A stretch of DNA of 63,390 bases, the filler included, from Folioceros fuciformis (Eukaryota): assembly GCA_049999805.1 (NCBI GenBank). It is 10 parts of 10 records of this genome, joined end to end, with 100 filler letters (N's around TTAATTAATTAA, not from the genome) between each part and the next. Parts side by side here need not be neighbours in the genome. Positions count along the whole stretch, not along the records: positions 1 to 7,069 come from JBNGIO010004833.1; positions 7,170 to 12,544 come from JBNGIO010004834.1; 8 more parts are not named here. One strand, given 5' to 3'. Every line of letters begins with the position of its first letter. Positions within the stretch are counted from its first letter, which is position 1. This document shows positions 1 through 11,955 of the stretch, one piece after another. A program made the position numbers and the translations under genes. The notes beneath the pieces were generated by a model. That model saw only the letters and a list, made by a program, of their open reading frames with translations, made no database searches and was not told the origin of the DNA.

Positions 1-342
1 TGACGGCGTAGTGTTTCGTTTCACCCTAAACCTAAAACTATATATATATATATAATTGTCTATACCTAGAAGTAGTTAGGGTTACGTGCTAGGACAGTTA
101 TTTGTTTTTTCTAACTACCGAGATGTCAAGCGACATGGACAAGCCGCGTGTAAGCCACCAGCACGTTCCCGTGCAATATTGAATATACTCTTATGCGATC
201 TGCATGCGTGTGTGATGCTAGCTCGATCCACGTCAGTCTAATCGATGTGCTGGCCGAGGGGTTCTCTCTGAAGAGTTTCTCCTTCAATGAGCACATGAGG
301 GAAAGGCAGCTACACAGAAGCAAGGTGAGACAGTTATCCGTG

Positions 343-1985
343 TGTTGATAGATCTCTGCAAAAGTTAAGGGGAGAGTATGTGCCCGGACTGGAAGATGCT
401 CGTGCAAGGAAGTTGATGTAGGCCGAAATCGCAGACCGCCGACAGGAGGAAATTTTTAAGGAGCAATGGAAAGCTAACGAGAGAGGGAGGCAACAGGCCG
501 CAGAGGAGAGACTAAAACGTGAACTCCGGGGAAGGGATAAAAAACCACTCGAGTCTGGCTCTGGATCGGGTCTGATTTTGAGCAAGGGAGTTACAGTGGC
601 CTAGACAGGGGTCGGAGGTGAAGGCTGCCAGGAGAATGCGTGCGGACGAAACTGAGGGATACCACCTCATCCGGATATAAGACATAAGCGGCACTCGGCT
701 TTCCATCCATTAACAGCAAGCCTGGTTGCTTGTAGGCTGAAAGACTAGCATAGGTGTGCTGTTAGTGGGTGGGAAGCCCAGTGATGGTTATGTTGGCAGG
801 AATGGTGGGTTGTCACTTCTAGTGCCAAGCTTACAAGGTGCTCATTCAGGGGCACTAGGTGGGTAACTTTACCGGGACATGTCCCTTGGCCAGCAGAATG
901 GAGGGGGACCTGTAGGCGAGACGGGTCTTTGAAGGGTTGCAGGATGCTCTGAAGGGAAGGGATGAGACGATCTGAGAGAAGGGATGGAATGATCTGAGAG
1001 AAGAGGGGAGAGTGTTGGGAGGCACTAACCATTTTGGTAGTCTTGAGAGGTTGGTCAATTTTGGTAAGAGCACCTAGTGGTGTCCAAGGGACACAACCCC
1101 TATTAGGTCGGATTAAGGTTAGGTCAGAGTTAGGGTTAGGATTAGGTCAGAACTAGGTTTAGGTCAAAGTTAGGTTTAGGTCAGAATTAGGGGCGGGTTA
1201 GGTCAGAAAGAGATTGTTGGGTGGTTGACTGAGGCTAACCCTAGTAGATAGAGATGGAGGTTTGGGCCAAGGTACTATAAGAGTCTAGACCTGCCATTGA
1301 GGAGGGGGCTGTCTACGGTGCGATTTCCCTGGACCTTGTGTGCAAAACTCCTGGCTTAGGGCGCTGAGCCGGTTGAGACTGAACCGAGGTCCTGATTTCC
1401 CTTGCCACTAGGAGGACGCGGAGGATCCCAAGACTGTCAAGATCCGTGTGGCCGGATCCGCAAGGGCTGAATGATTCGCAGGCTGGCTGAAATGAAGGGA
1501 CAAGACCGTGAGCCAAGGAGGGCTATCCAGTCCTAGTATCCACACTACACTTGAAGGCTGCAAGGAGTGAAGTCGTTGTGTCCCAATTTCCAGGGGATAG
1601 CTTAAGCAAAGAGAGGAAGAGTTGGAGTGAAGTGCATAGAAGTGAAGAGTGAGTTGCTAAGGTGCAGGAGTGTGTGCTAAAGTGACAGGTAAAGGGCTGA
1701 AGTGAAGGAGGAAGGACTGAAGTGGAAATCATGAGGAGCTAAAAGATTGAAGATCTGAAGTGCGAGTTGTGTGAGCTGAGTTGAAGATAGGCTAGGTTAC
1801 TGGCCTCTTTGTTGTGTGTGTGTGTGTTCAGGCCTATAGACCGGCGGATAGGTAGAAGTGTGAGTGGATAGCTGTGGGTGCCTTGACACTAGTTCAATTC
1901 CTTAGGAGCGAATCAAAAGAATGCAACGACAATAAGGGGAGGTGTGGCCCTTTGGTGGTTCTTGGGTGCAAGAAATCACTCCACA
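343..1985 (+). mobile_element. Ty3/gypsy (Athila-like) LTR
   Basis: Starts TGTTGATAGA and ends GCAAGAAATCACTCCACA. 1228-1985 is clearly homologous to 57581-58460, and both termini resemble the LTR at 33461-36937 that abuts a tRNA-Asp PBS. No target-site duplication seen; the 5' boundary is less certain. Confidence 0.7.
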
Positions 1986-2901
1986 GGCATCAAAGGCTAC
2001 AAGATTATCAATCGACGTACAAAGTGGGTGACGCACTCCAGGGATGTTGCGTTTGTAGAGGGCATTGAAGCCAGTCAACCAGTGGGAGCTGCCTTGTCCA
2101 AGGACTCAGCATGACCCCACAGCAGAGGTGGAGGAGATGATGGTGGGACAAATCCCGGTACCTATTCCGGGACCCATTCCAGTGCCTGCACAAACTCAAA
2201 CTCAGGTGGCACCAGCTATAGCACAGTCCCCTGCAATGCACACACCCCTGTGAACATCTGGCCGTGTGCACAGTAACCGTAGCTTGTTTGAGTCACCATC
2301 TGTCCTTGATTCTGATGCATTAGAAACAGTTATTCCTACAGCTACACCTGAAGGGCAGCACAGGAGGAAAGCAAAGTTTGCTCACCTCGAGCCTCGGCGG
2401 TCACTTCGAGCTCAGAAACCTCTTGATATGTATGTGTCAGATGATTTCAGGCACCCTAAGACTAATTTTTCTCACTGCCTAGCTGCGAACACCTTGCTCT
2501 ATGAACCCCCAACCTATGAGGCAGCTCTAAGCTGTCCAGATGCTGAGCACTGGCATGTGGCCATACAGTCGGAGCTGGCATCCCTGCATGAGAATAATAC
2601 ATGGGTTATTGTAAGCTTGCCTGTAGACAAGAAGCTAGTGGGGTCCAAGTGGGCGTTTAAGATCAAACTGAAGGTAGATGGGAGCATAGCACGCTACAAA
2701 GGCAAAGTAGTAGCGAAAGGGTATTCTCAAATACCTAGAATCGACTATGATGACACTTTTAGCCCGGTGGTGAAGCTAAACACATTGCGGGTGTTCGTAG
2801 CACTAGCAGCTATCAACAATTTAGAACTAGAGCAACTTGATGTCACCACGGCCTTCCTGTACGGCAACCTGTAGGAAGAGATCTATATGCAGGTTCCCCC
2901 A
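1986..2901 (+). pseudogene. Ty1/copia pol fragment (integrase C-terminus, linker, RT N-terminus)
   Basis: GIKGYK...HSRDVAF begins right after the LTR. RT motifs KWAFKIK, ARYKGKVVAKGYSQ, TFSPVVK and QLDVTTAFLYG follow, with in-frame stops. Confidence 0.9.
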
Positions 2902-3177
2902 TGAGTGGCATAAAGGTTAAGAATAATAGTTATTTATCCAGCATTACTTAATTACATAATAATTAGGGCAGATAGTAAACGAGTAGATTACAATCGACAC
3001 AACTAAAGGGTTCTGACTCAAAACACAACAGTCACGCACTTTCACGGCCACGGAACACCACAACGGTTGGTCTCGTGACTATTTAAGGAGCCACACGGCT
3101 CTTCCTTAATCTATCCTCCTATTCTCTAATCTAGCTAGCTTGCTCTCTCGATCCTACAAGCTTTATGGTATCAGAGC
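2902..3177 (+). mobile_element. Copia 5' LTR (~260 bp) and tRNA-iMet PBS, nested in the RT of the preceding element
   Basis: RT homology stops at a TG at 2902; PBS TGGTATCAGAGC at 3166-3177. Confidence 0.8.
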
Positions 3178-3178
3178 T

Positions 3179-4040
3179 ATGGAGGGTGCGTCGTCACCAT
3201 GCATCTGTGCGACTTGCAAGAGCCTGAACTATATCAAGAACTTGTCGCTTGTAGATTTCAGGGCGGCAACTTCAGCACTCAGAGTATCTCTTACCAGGTT
3301 TGGCGCGATGGCCGACGCATTCCTTGCAAACGCCGTGAGCCACTATTACGAGTGACTTTGCGCTATGCCGAGAGCATGAGGTAGAGGCAAGAACCTGCCG
3401 AGAGATCCTTTCTTTGGCGGTTGTGGCGCGTCGAAGGATATCCACCTGCAGAATCTGCATTGCTTCTTTGACACGCATTGCAATCTCTATCCTCCGCACA
3501 CGCACAAAGTCAAGAAGAGTCAGTATAGGCATCACACAGCACAAGTCTGTCAGCAACACCAGAAATCTGACTCTCCTGTCTCACCTAGAAGCCGGATTAG
3601 GCAAAGGTTTCACGAATCACACGATTTTTCTGAACAAAGAAGACATCAGTTTGCACATCCTAGCACTGTCCGATAGGTCGCTGATAGAGGTGCTCCATTT
3701 GATTAGGTCACAGACAGCTCAAGTCCACAATCTACTTGCGACTCACGCTGCACAGGCGTGGTAGCGATCCGTAAACCTGTCCATTGAGATTAACAACATT
3801 AATACTCACATTAGAACACTAACAGGACAGATTAAGAATCTTACAGTGTTATCCTTGAAAAATTCTGCACCTGAGTCTTCTTCACTCGCACCGATTCATA
3901 TCACAAGCGCACCGGTTCACATCTTGCAGCAAGAAGAAGAACGACCAATCATGAAGATGATCAAGGTTATTCAAAAATATTATCCAAGCTGCGTGGAGCA
4001 GCTGACAGCCCTTGAAGCTGAGGCTGCACTACCTTTGTGA
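3179..4040 (+). pseudogene. Decayed extra ORF between PBS and gag
   Basis: ATG directly after the PBS with CICATC. Frame 3414-4040 has a single internal TAG (3762) and a heptad stretch LSIEINNINTHIRTLTGQIKNLTV. Confidence 0.45.
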
Positions 4041-4323
4041 ACCCCTGTACATGTCATACAACGCCCTAGGACGTGGAAGTAAGGTTCCGAAAGGTACTAG
4101 AAAAGTCAGAGGCACAGGCAGGGGTGTCATACCTGTATCTAACACATTACCTAAAGATCCACTCTCACTTTATTCCCAGTCCTCATCACAAGGTAGTTCA
4201 GATACTATAGATCCAACACTAGCTGCCATTCAAAGAGCACGTCTTGCGAAAGCCTTAGCAGATACACGTAGAGACCAAGCAGCATTGGTCGCACGAACAC
4301 TTGCGTCACAAGTAATCAATACA

Positions 4324-7069
4324 ATGGCCAATCAAGTACCTGTTGTCACTACCTTGAAAGTAGACTTTAAGGAGAAGGACCGCTTCTCTGGCACTCAGTT
4401 CGACATCTGGTCTCTTAGAGTACAAACTATTCTCAAGGAAAATGGGCTATGGGAGGCAGTCAATGGTGCTGTACCCAAACCTCCTATTGCCACTTCTACT
4501 CCTGCTGCAATTGAGGCTTGGGAGAAGCTCGATCTTCGACCTCTTGCTGTTATCCAGTCCGCACTAGATGGATCTATGATGTCACATACACAAGATGTGG
4601 CCACCACCAAGGAAGCATGGGACTCTCTCACGCATACCTATCAAGTTAACAATGGCTCTTCAATGGTTGGCGCCACAAGAGCATTCTACAACTGCAAGAT
4701 GTGTGAACATGAATCAGTCGAGCAAAATGTGGTGAAGTTTAGACAACTGAGGTCTAAGCTTACCTCAAGCGGAACGAAGACCATGGAGATGCAAGCGGCG
4801 GTTGCTCTTCTTCTCTCTCTTCCTCCCAGCTACAGGACTTTTGTAAGCAACCAGAGTTCTGCACTGCGTGTTGCAGCCCAGAATACACCAGCAGGACAGG
4901 CTCCTGCTGTCACATTATCTGATGTGATTGGAGCTCTTCTCGAGGTGGAGTCCACCAGAACTGTCAATTAAGGCGGCACCTCCTCCTGAGGAGAGTCATC
5001 CACAAGGGCGCTCTACGCAAACAAGGGGCCCAGGAGACAACCACCAAGGCACTCCTGGACACCAAACAACAACAACGCTGCTTACAAGAAACATTCACCT
5101 CAAGCTCCAGCTAAAAAGAAGGGGCCTTGCAACTGGTGTCTCATTCTTGGACACCGGGGAAGCCGACTGCAGAAAGAAGAAGGCTGACGAAGCTAGAAGA
5201 TCGGCACCACCTAAATCTAATGTGGTACAGCGTAAGGCAAACACTCTGCTAGCTGTATGCATGGTCTCCACCGCATCCAATAAGCATGTATGGTTTATAG
5301 ATTATGGTGCGTCTTCTCACATCTGTCACTGCAAAAACTCTTTCATAGAGTACAAGCCATTGCCACCTGGACAATTTGTATTGCTTGGAGATGACAGTGG
5401 TCTGCAAATAGAGGGGATAGGGTTAGTCCCTATCACTTTATTTGACAAAACTACCTTGGTCTTAGAGGATGTTCTTCACGTACCTTCAATGGTCAAGAAC
5501 CTAGTGTCAGTCCGCAAGTTGACTACCCAGCATTTGTTGAATGTGTCCTTTACAAGGGTACAGTGTATAGTCACTGATCCACAGTATAAAAATAAGTTAG
5601 TAGCAACTTGGGCACCATTCCACGACCTGTATCAACTTAATGTCACCTCTAAGCTAGGTCTCCCTCCTACACGTGCACAAGTCAACATGAGTCAGGACAC
5701 CAAGCAGAAAGACAAGGATGCAGCTTGCTGTGGCATTGCCGTCTAGGCCATGCTAATTTCGAGAAGATCAAACAAATGGTGGCTAGCACAACTCTGTACA
5801 GAGAAAAATTCATGCTTCAGTTTGTGGACAAGCAATTCTGTGAGGCATGTGTGTTTGGGAAGCATCAATGACTTCCCTATACGGATGACAATCCTACACG
5901 AGCCACCAAGCTTCTCGAGGTTGTTCATTCTGATCTTTGCGGTCCTATGTCCATAGCTACCTGGGGTGGAGCCTTATACATACTCTCTTTTATTGATGAT
6001 TGGAGCCGCTCTGTGGTTGTCTACTTCCTCAAACACAAGAGCCAGACGCTTGGTTGTTTTAAAGAATATGTTTCGTTTGCACAACGGCAAACTGGAGAGC
6101 AACTCAAAACTCTGCGCAGTGACAATGGCGGGGAATATATCTCAGCTGATTTTCAGGATTATTGCAAGGCACTGGGAATCCAAAGGCAGCTAACCGTACC
6201 TTATACTTCCTCGCAAAATCCGCTTGCTGAATGAAATAACAAGCATATGCAATCTGTAGCCAAGTCCATGCTGAAAGTTGCTGGCCTCCCACGAAGCTAT
6301 TGGGGTGAAGCCGTTGCTACTGCAACCTACATTAGGAACCGGCTCCCCACTAAGGCTTTCCCGGGCTGCACACCTTTTGAGCGCTGGACTAGTCACAAAC
6401 CCCGTATCAATCACTTATGCATTTTCAGCTCCCCGGCATATGCACACCTTGCAGAAAAACAAAGACTCAAGTTAGACTACAAAGCAAGAAAGTTTGTGTT
6501 CATAGGGTACACCGAAGGCATTAAAGGCTACAAACTCCTAGATCCTGTCACTAGGACAACTACTCATGCACGCAGTGTAGTGTTTAATGAGAGATTGTTA
6601 CTTACACCTGCATTGACACAGTCGCAGTTAGACATGCAGTCTCAACCTTCTGATGCTGAGCAAGGTGATGATGGCGATCTTACTACTACTCAGACGTCCT
6701 CCCAACCAGTAGTACCCCCTGATAGTGACAGTGAAGATGAACCGTCTGACTTCCCTGAAGATGAAGTTGAAGAGGTTAGTGAGCATCAGCCTAATCTATC
6801 AGATGCTGATTCATCTCCAGATGATCCTCTACCACAGGAGGAGGACGTACCTGAAGAAGTGCCAGTCCTTCGGCGCAGCTCAAGGCATCATACAGCATCC
6901 TTGGATGAATGGATTCAGCCTCCACTTACATATCAGAGTTTTCTGGTACAGGAAGACATGCCTCTTGACTTGGGAGAGCCCCAGTCATATCAGGAAGCCA
7001 TAAACTCTCCCGACAAGGAAAAGTGGCATGCTGCAATAGAATCTGAGTACAAATCCATCATGGACAACA
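4324..7069 (+). pseudogene. Ty1/copia gag-pol (gag, zinc knuckle, PR, INT, RT start), frameshifted and cut by the contig end
   Basis: Gag FDIWSLRVQTIL; protease WFIDYGASSH; integrase FIDDWSR, RSDNGGEY, WGEAVATA, FIGYTEGIKGYKL; EPQSYQEAI. Confidence 0.93.
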
Positions 7070-7169
7070 NNNNNNNNNNNNNNNNNNNNNNNNNNNNNNN
7101 NNNNNNNNNNNNNTTAATTAATTAANNNNNNNNNNNNNNNNNNNNNNNNNNNNNNNNNNNNNNNNNNNN
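7070..7169. other. Artificial contig linker N44-TTAATTAATTAA-N44 (first of nine)
   Basis: Identical 100-nt linkers carrying stops in all six frames at 7070, 12545, 21500, 25242, 31593, 45798, 55433, 57481 and 61423. Confidence 0.99.
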
Positions 7170-7437
7170 CCTCCACATGTACATAAATTAATTAATTAAT
7201 AATTACATAATTCGTGAAAGGACATAACATCAACTATGTATGTTCTTGTTGTTAGATATTGTTTATAAAAATCAAATGGACTTAAGTCTAAAGCTATGCC
7301 TTATGGTTAAACGCTATAACCCTTAAAATGAGTGTGACTTAAGCATAACTAACACAATAGCACCCATTCTTATCTAACCAGATAAGATTAAACTCTAAAC
7401 CTTGATCATAACTCAACACCCTATCTCTTCACTCCCA
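7170..7437 (-). mobile_element. Copia PPT and start of 3' LTR
   Basis: Minus strand reads GGGAGTGAAGAGATAGGG followed by TGTTGAG at 7418; lies downstream of the RNase H at 8188-8406. Confidence 0.6.
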
Positions 7438-7728
7438 CTTGTTGATTATGAGAAGGATTGTTCCAGCAGCACAAGCTTCTTGTGAAGAGCTTATGTGCAG
7501 CTTAGGTGACATTTGGGCTCTTGTGGTGTGTGTGGAGTGTAAAGCGGTGAAGCCACATTCCATGTCCAGGCTCAAAGTAGAGAATTACGCTTGACTGGCA
7601 GCGCGCAGCCTTCAAAACCCTACACCACGCTTCCTCATTCATTTTTTCTCTTGTTGTTGCTACGACTACTCCTTTGACTATGGCATCTCCTTCCAACAAG
7701 GCAGCAGCGTTTCCCAAGCACCACCTTT

Positions 7729-8186
7729 TTGGCTAAAGATAGCCAAGGGAGGTTCACCTCCCCCACTAGGACAACAACCTCTCCAAAGGGCGAGAGTAGA
7801 CAAGCAGCAGTTACCTTACAAGCTTGCACACCTTCCTTCTACAGTAAGCTTTCTTTTGCTCTATTCCTTTGTGTAGAATTTGCTATTTATTTTTCAGTAA
7901 TTGTTAGCATAACACATACTACTAGTGGTTTTGTATAGGGTCTGAGGACAAGATTGAAATTGAAAGGAGTTTGGAAAGCAAGGATCATTTGTCCTACCAA
8001 GAATGGAAGAGAAGAAACTCTCATCTTATGGACGAAGAGTTTTCTTCGTCTTACGAATGTAATTCCATGGAAACTCTTGAGGATAGTAGCTTAGGTTCCT
8101 TTTCAATGCGATCTGTAAGAGGCAAATCTGCCAGTCCTAGTTCTTTCTTTTCAGATGTTAGTCACTCAACAACCTTCTTACTGTGA
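7729..8186 (+). other. Putative spliced antisense ORF in copia 3' region (intron 7844-7938)
   Basis: A GTAAGC...TTTTGTATAG AT-rich 95-bp intron joins ORF 7729 in frame to ORF 7971-8186. The stop lies 1 nt from the convergent pol stop. Confidence 0.45.
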
Positions 8187-8187
8187 A

Positions 8188-8406
8188 CTAAGAGTGATTG
8201 GCCAAGAAAGTTGAAGACTCTCCCAAGCCTAGACTTTTAACATTTTTTTCATGAAGCTCCTTCCCAATGGGCTTAGTAAAAATATCTACAGGATTGTCTT
8301 GTGTTGATATATACTCCAAGATTATTTGTCATGATGTTCATAAGCTCTCGTATATAATAATATTCCACCCCAACATGTTTAGTGTGTGAGTGGAATACAA
8401 GGTTCT
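8188..8406 (-). pseudogene. Copia RNase H C-terminus
   Basis: NLVFHSHTKHVGVEYYYIRE...DNPVDIFTKP...KSLGL, with a frameshift. Confidence 0.85.
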
Positions 8407-8711
8407 TGCAACAATTAAGAATAAAGGATCCAGCCCTTAGCCCTCACCACGGCTTCACTAGGCGCTGTGCAACACGCACAGCCGGCACACACTACTTCAT
8501 CCAAGCAGGGACAGCCCGAGAGAGAGCATTAAGTAACAAGCGAGTTCTATAGGCTTTCAAAATCTTATAGAAGACTCCTAACTCTAATACCCCTTCTCTC
8601 TCTACAGGGTGACTACTATGACACAACAAGTAGACTAGTAGTTTATCCCAAACTATTAATCTAGGCTGGTGTACCCTACTATCCACCTAACAAGCTTCCA
8701 GCCCCCTTGTT
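8407..8711 (-). mobile_element. 3' LTR (8407-8692) and PPT of an element nested in copia RNase H
   Basis: Minus strand AACAAGGGGGCTGGAAGCT then TGTTAGG...TTGCA; homologous to 14137-14491. Confidence 0.7.
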
Positions 8712-11314
8712 GACCCTACTAACAACCCTTATAGATCATTAGCTGTTGACTACTCTTCCAGCTCTTGTGGGGGCCACCTCCTTATTGTTGGATGGCTGTG
8801 TACAAAGTCTTTGCCTACAACTATTCCGATGGTGGTTGAGGTTGCCTTTGGTCCAATCACCTTCACTCCTGCACATCGCTCATAATGGTTCCATGGCGGC
8901 TGATGCACAACCCTCAGGGGAGGAGCATCTGTCAATCTATTACTTTAGTCCTAAAATGGTGGTCTATGGGCCCATAGATAGTAGGTCAAACTTATCTTAT
9001 CTGTGTTTGTGGCGGTCGGATCTCGAGGAGTGGGACTCCCTCAGCTCCGTCCTTTAGTGGCCACACTTATCCCACTGTCGTTAGTATAGAATGGGTTTCG
9101 ATCCCTCCAAAGAGTGGTTGGTGTTCCCAATCTGTAGTGTATGAGATGACTTCTCCTAACTCCACAACTTCACAACTCTTACATCCAATTGCTGACCCTC
9201 TACTCCTATTCTTGCAACCCCTAGTCAAGACTTGTCTAGCTGCAGACAGATCAGGTTTGTCACCCCGGATCTGACCACACAACCTCCTACTTCACACTTC
9301 TCACGTCTCACAACCAACTTCCATCCAAACCATTCTGATCTTGCTATCTTCGGTCAGAGGTACTACTCAACTTCCAACAAACCTGCCAATTGTAGACAAG
9401 TCAGGATTGTCACTCCTACCCTGCCAACGGTTCAGGTCGCCATTGCTGACCTATGGACAAATCTTCACACTCTCAACTGCTGTAGCTGTTACTGCCTATA
9501 GCCCCCTTACTCGATGTATTGGAAACCACAAGTCAGAACTTGCAAGAGGAAACTACAACCAAGTTGCAACCCTCCCCCATCAGATCCTACTAGCACCACA
9601 TCAAAAACACACACCAATCAGGGTGGATTTGAGGAAACACAGCCTCAGGCTCCTTGCCAAGCCTTGAGCACTCTCGTTGCCTTGCAACTCTAAACACTAC
9701 AATGACCTTCACCTCTACTCCTCTACTTGTTCTCCCCTCCGCGGGTCAGAACTCTCCTACGCTACCCCACAGGTTGATGGAACTTGCCCTTACCTCCTAC
9801 CAGGCACCTAGTCTCCTTGGCCGGCAACACACTAGCAAGACTTGCATGCGGGAACAGTAAGGACAGCAACCATAGACACTTGCACCATCAACCAGCAATC
9901 TCCAACCTCATCCACATCTACAGCGGCAACTTAGCAACATCTGACCGAAAAAAGAGACGAGGTCTCAACCACAACAGCCAGCAGCCAGCTGAAACAAGAG
10001 ACATATGGAGCTCAAGAAGCAAGAGCTGAAGACTAAAGGGTGGCAAATGACAAAATGAGTTCAGGGATCTCTCCTAGCCTTATAAGAGCTCCCCTCTCTC
10101 TTGAGGCTCTCTCTCTCTTTAGTTCAATACTACAAAAATCAACTAAATTAATGAACCTCTTGGCTCATTAACCTAGGCTTGCTTAGAAACTGACTCGGTG
10201 TCAGAAGTCTTAATGGGTCTACCATTTAGGTCCAATCACCACAAGCCAACATAAACTAAGTCTAAACTGTGGGGTCTGACCCCACTCCTGATAGTCCTCC
10301 GCTAGTTGTGTCCTTGGGTGGGAACCTTCTGATCTTTTGCTGGCTGCAATTATCCTCCTTGTCCTCCTGTGTTGTCACCTCATTAGCTGGTCTCTTCCTT
10401 GTTGTTGACTGAGGTGCAGTTGCTGGGCTGGTTTCCAACAGCATAGGAGGAGTCTCCCCCTATCCTGTAGGCAACACAAGTGACAGATCCATGTTAGCTT
10501 TTGTCTTGGGCTCAAGTGTCCCCAAAATCTCCTGTCTGTCAGACGTGCATTCCACATCTGTCAGCAGCACTCCCTTGCCATCTTGAAGTGGGCATAGGAC
10601 CAGTGTTGTCCGTAGAGCCACTCCATCCTAACGTCAGGGTCCGCAGCATAAGGACGGGAGTCCCACAGATCCTTGGGTGACACCTGTTCTGCAAGACACA
10701 AAAATTGAATCTTCTCCTCTTGGGGGCCTTCTTTGGCACTAGAGGGGCGGGAGTGGAATCCACCTATCCCTCTGTCTCACCCATGCCCTTCCTTGTCTTC
10801 ATGTTTTGTTGGTTGAGCCCCAAGTCCTGCCACTGCTGACCACACTTCTGTCCGGCCAAGAGCAAATCACCTCAACGTTGGTGACTCCTATAGCAGGAGC
10901 CCACAGCACCCTAAACCCCTCACAGCACTGCTTTCAACTTTTTCATGAGCTCACAAACCACCCTTCATCACCCCCCCCTACAATTGCTAGATCCCTTGCA
11001 CCTAAGAAGGAAAAGAAATGTGGAAAAGAAAGAACAGGAGGCCAAGAGCCACACCCCCTCCTTTACTCTCAGCCACAGCCCACGAAGATTGAGGCACTTG
11101 CCTTGCTCCTTGCCTCTGAGTGAAAGAAAGGAAAGGAGCACACAAAAGGACCCGGATCTGCACCATGTTCCCCTTTCTCAGAGCCTAATCAATCAGCCCT
11201 TGTGTAATCAATCAGCCCTTGTGAGCAGCCCTCTAGAGGGAGCTTAGCTGGCTCCACACGCTGCTCTCCACACTAAAATCAGCAGATAGGGGGGGGGTGC
11301 AAAAACCCCCACTG

Positions 11315-11465
11315 AAACCAACTCCCCTTGATCAGCAAATTAGAGAGAAAAGTGGAGTCTTGGGAGGCGGCTCTTCACTCCCTTTGCTCAAACCAACTCC
11401 CCTTGATCAGCAAATTAGAGAGAAAAGTGGAGTCTTGGGAGGCAGCTCTTCACTCCCTTTGCTCA
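11315..11465. repeat. 75-bp tandem duplication
   Basis: AAACCAACTCCCCTTGATCAGCAAATTAGAG... at 11315 and 11390. Confidence 0.95.
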
Positions 11466-11761
11466 CAGCCCTCGTCGAATGCAGCCTAGGCCACCTCCAA
11501 CTCACAGATCCCTAGGATCTTGCCTCCAAGTCGCTCCTTGATCATGGAAGGGAAAAAATCCTTGATCATGGAAGGGAAAAAAAACAAAAGGAGGGGTAGC
11601 CGCCATGTTTCTTCTCCCCTTTGGCAGCCTCACTACCTCTCCACTGTCCAAGCTCGTTGCCCCTCCATTGTGGTAGCCTCCCTACTTCCTGCAGCTCACA
11701 GATCCCTGCTGCCCGTCCGTTTGCTCACAAACCGCTACTTCCCTAAGCTCCCAAGCACCTG

Positions 11762-11955
11762 AGGACTTAGAGTGGCCCCATGTCGCATGGAAACTAGGAG
11801 TGCTTGTAGCTTGGTGACTTTGAGTTCTCGCATGCCACTTGGGGACTTAGAGTGGTTGCATGCAACCTAGGAACTTGGAGTTCTCGCATGCCACTTGGGG
11901 ACTTAGAGTGCCGGCATGCAATATGGAGACTTAGGGTTCTTGCATGCAGCCTGGT
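11762..11955. repeat. Degenerate ~28-bp minisatellite (~7 units)
   Basis: Units resembling GACTTAGAGT...GCATGC..CTTGG; two share GAGTTCTCGCATGCCACTTGGGGACTTAGAGTG. Confidence 0.8.

Noticed and set aside
1111-1207. TTAGGG/TTTAGG-like telomeric words
   Set aside because: Degenerate TTAGGTCAGA..TAGG units inside an LTR, not a TTTAGGG array.
7070-7169. Regularly recurring TTAATTAATTAA palindrome
   Set aside because: Synthetic six-frame-stop linker flanked by exactly 44 N on each side; not biological.
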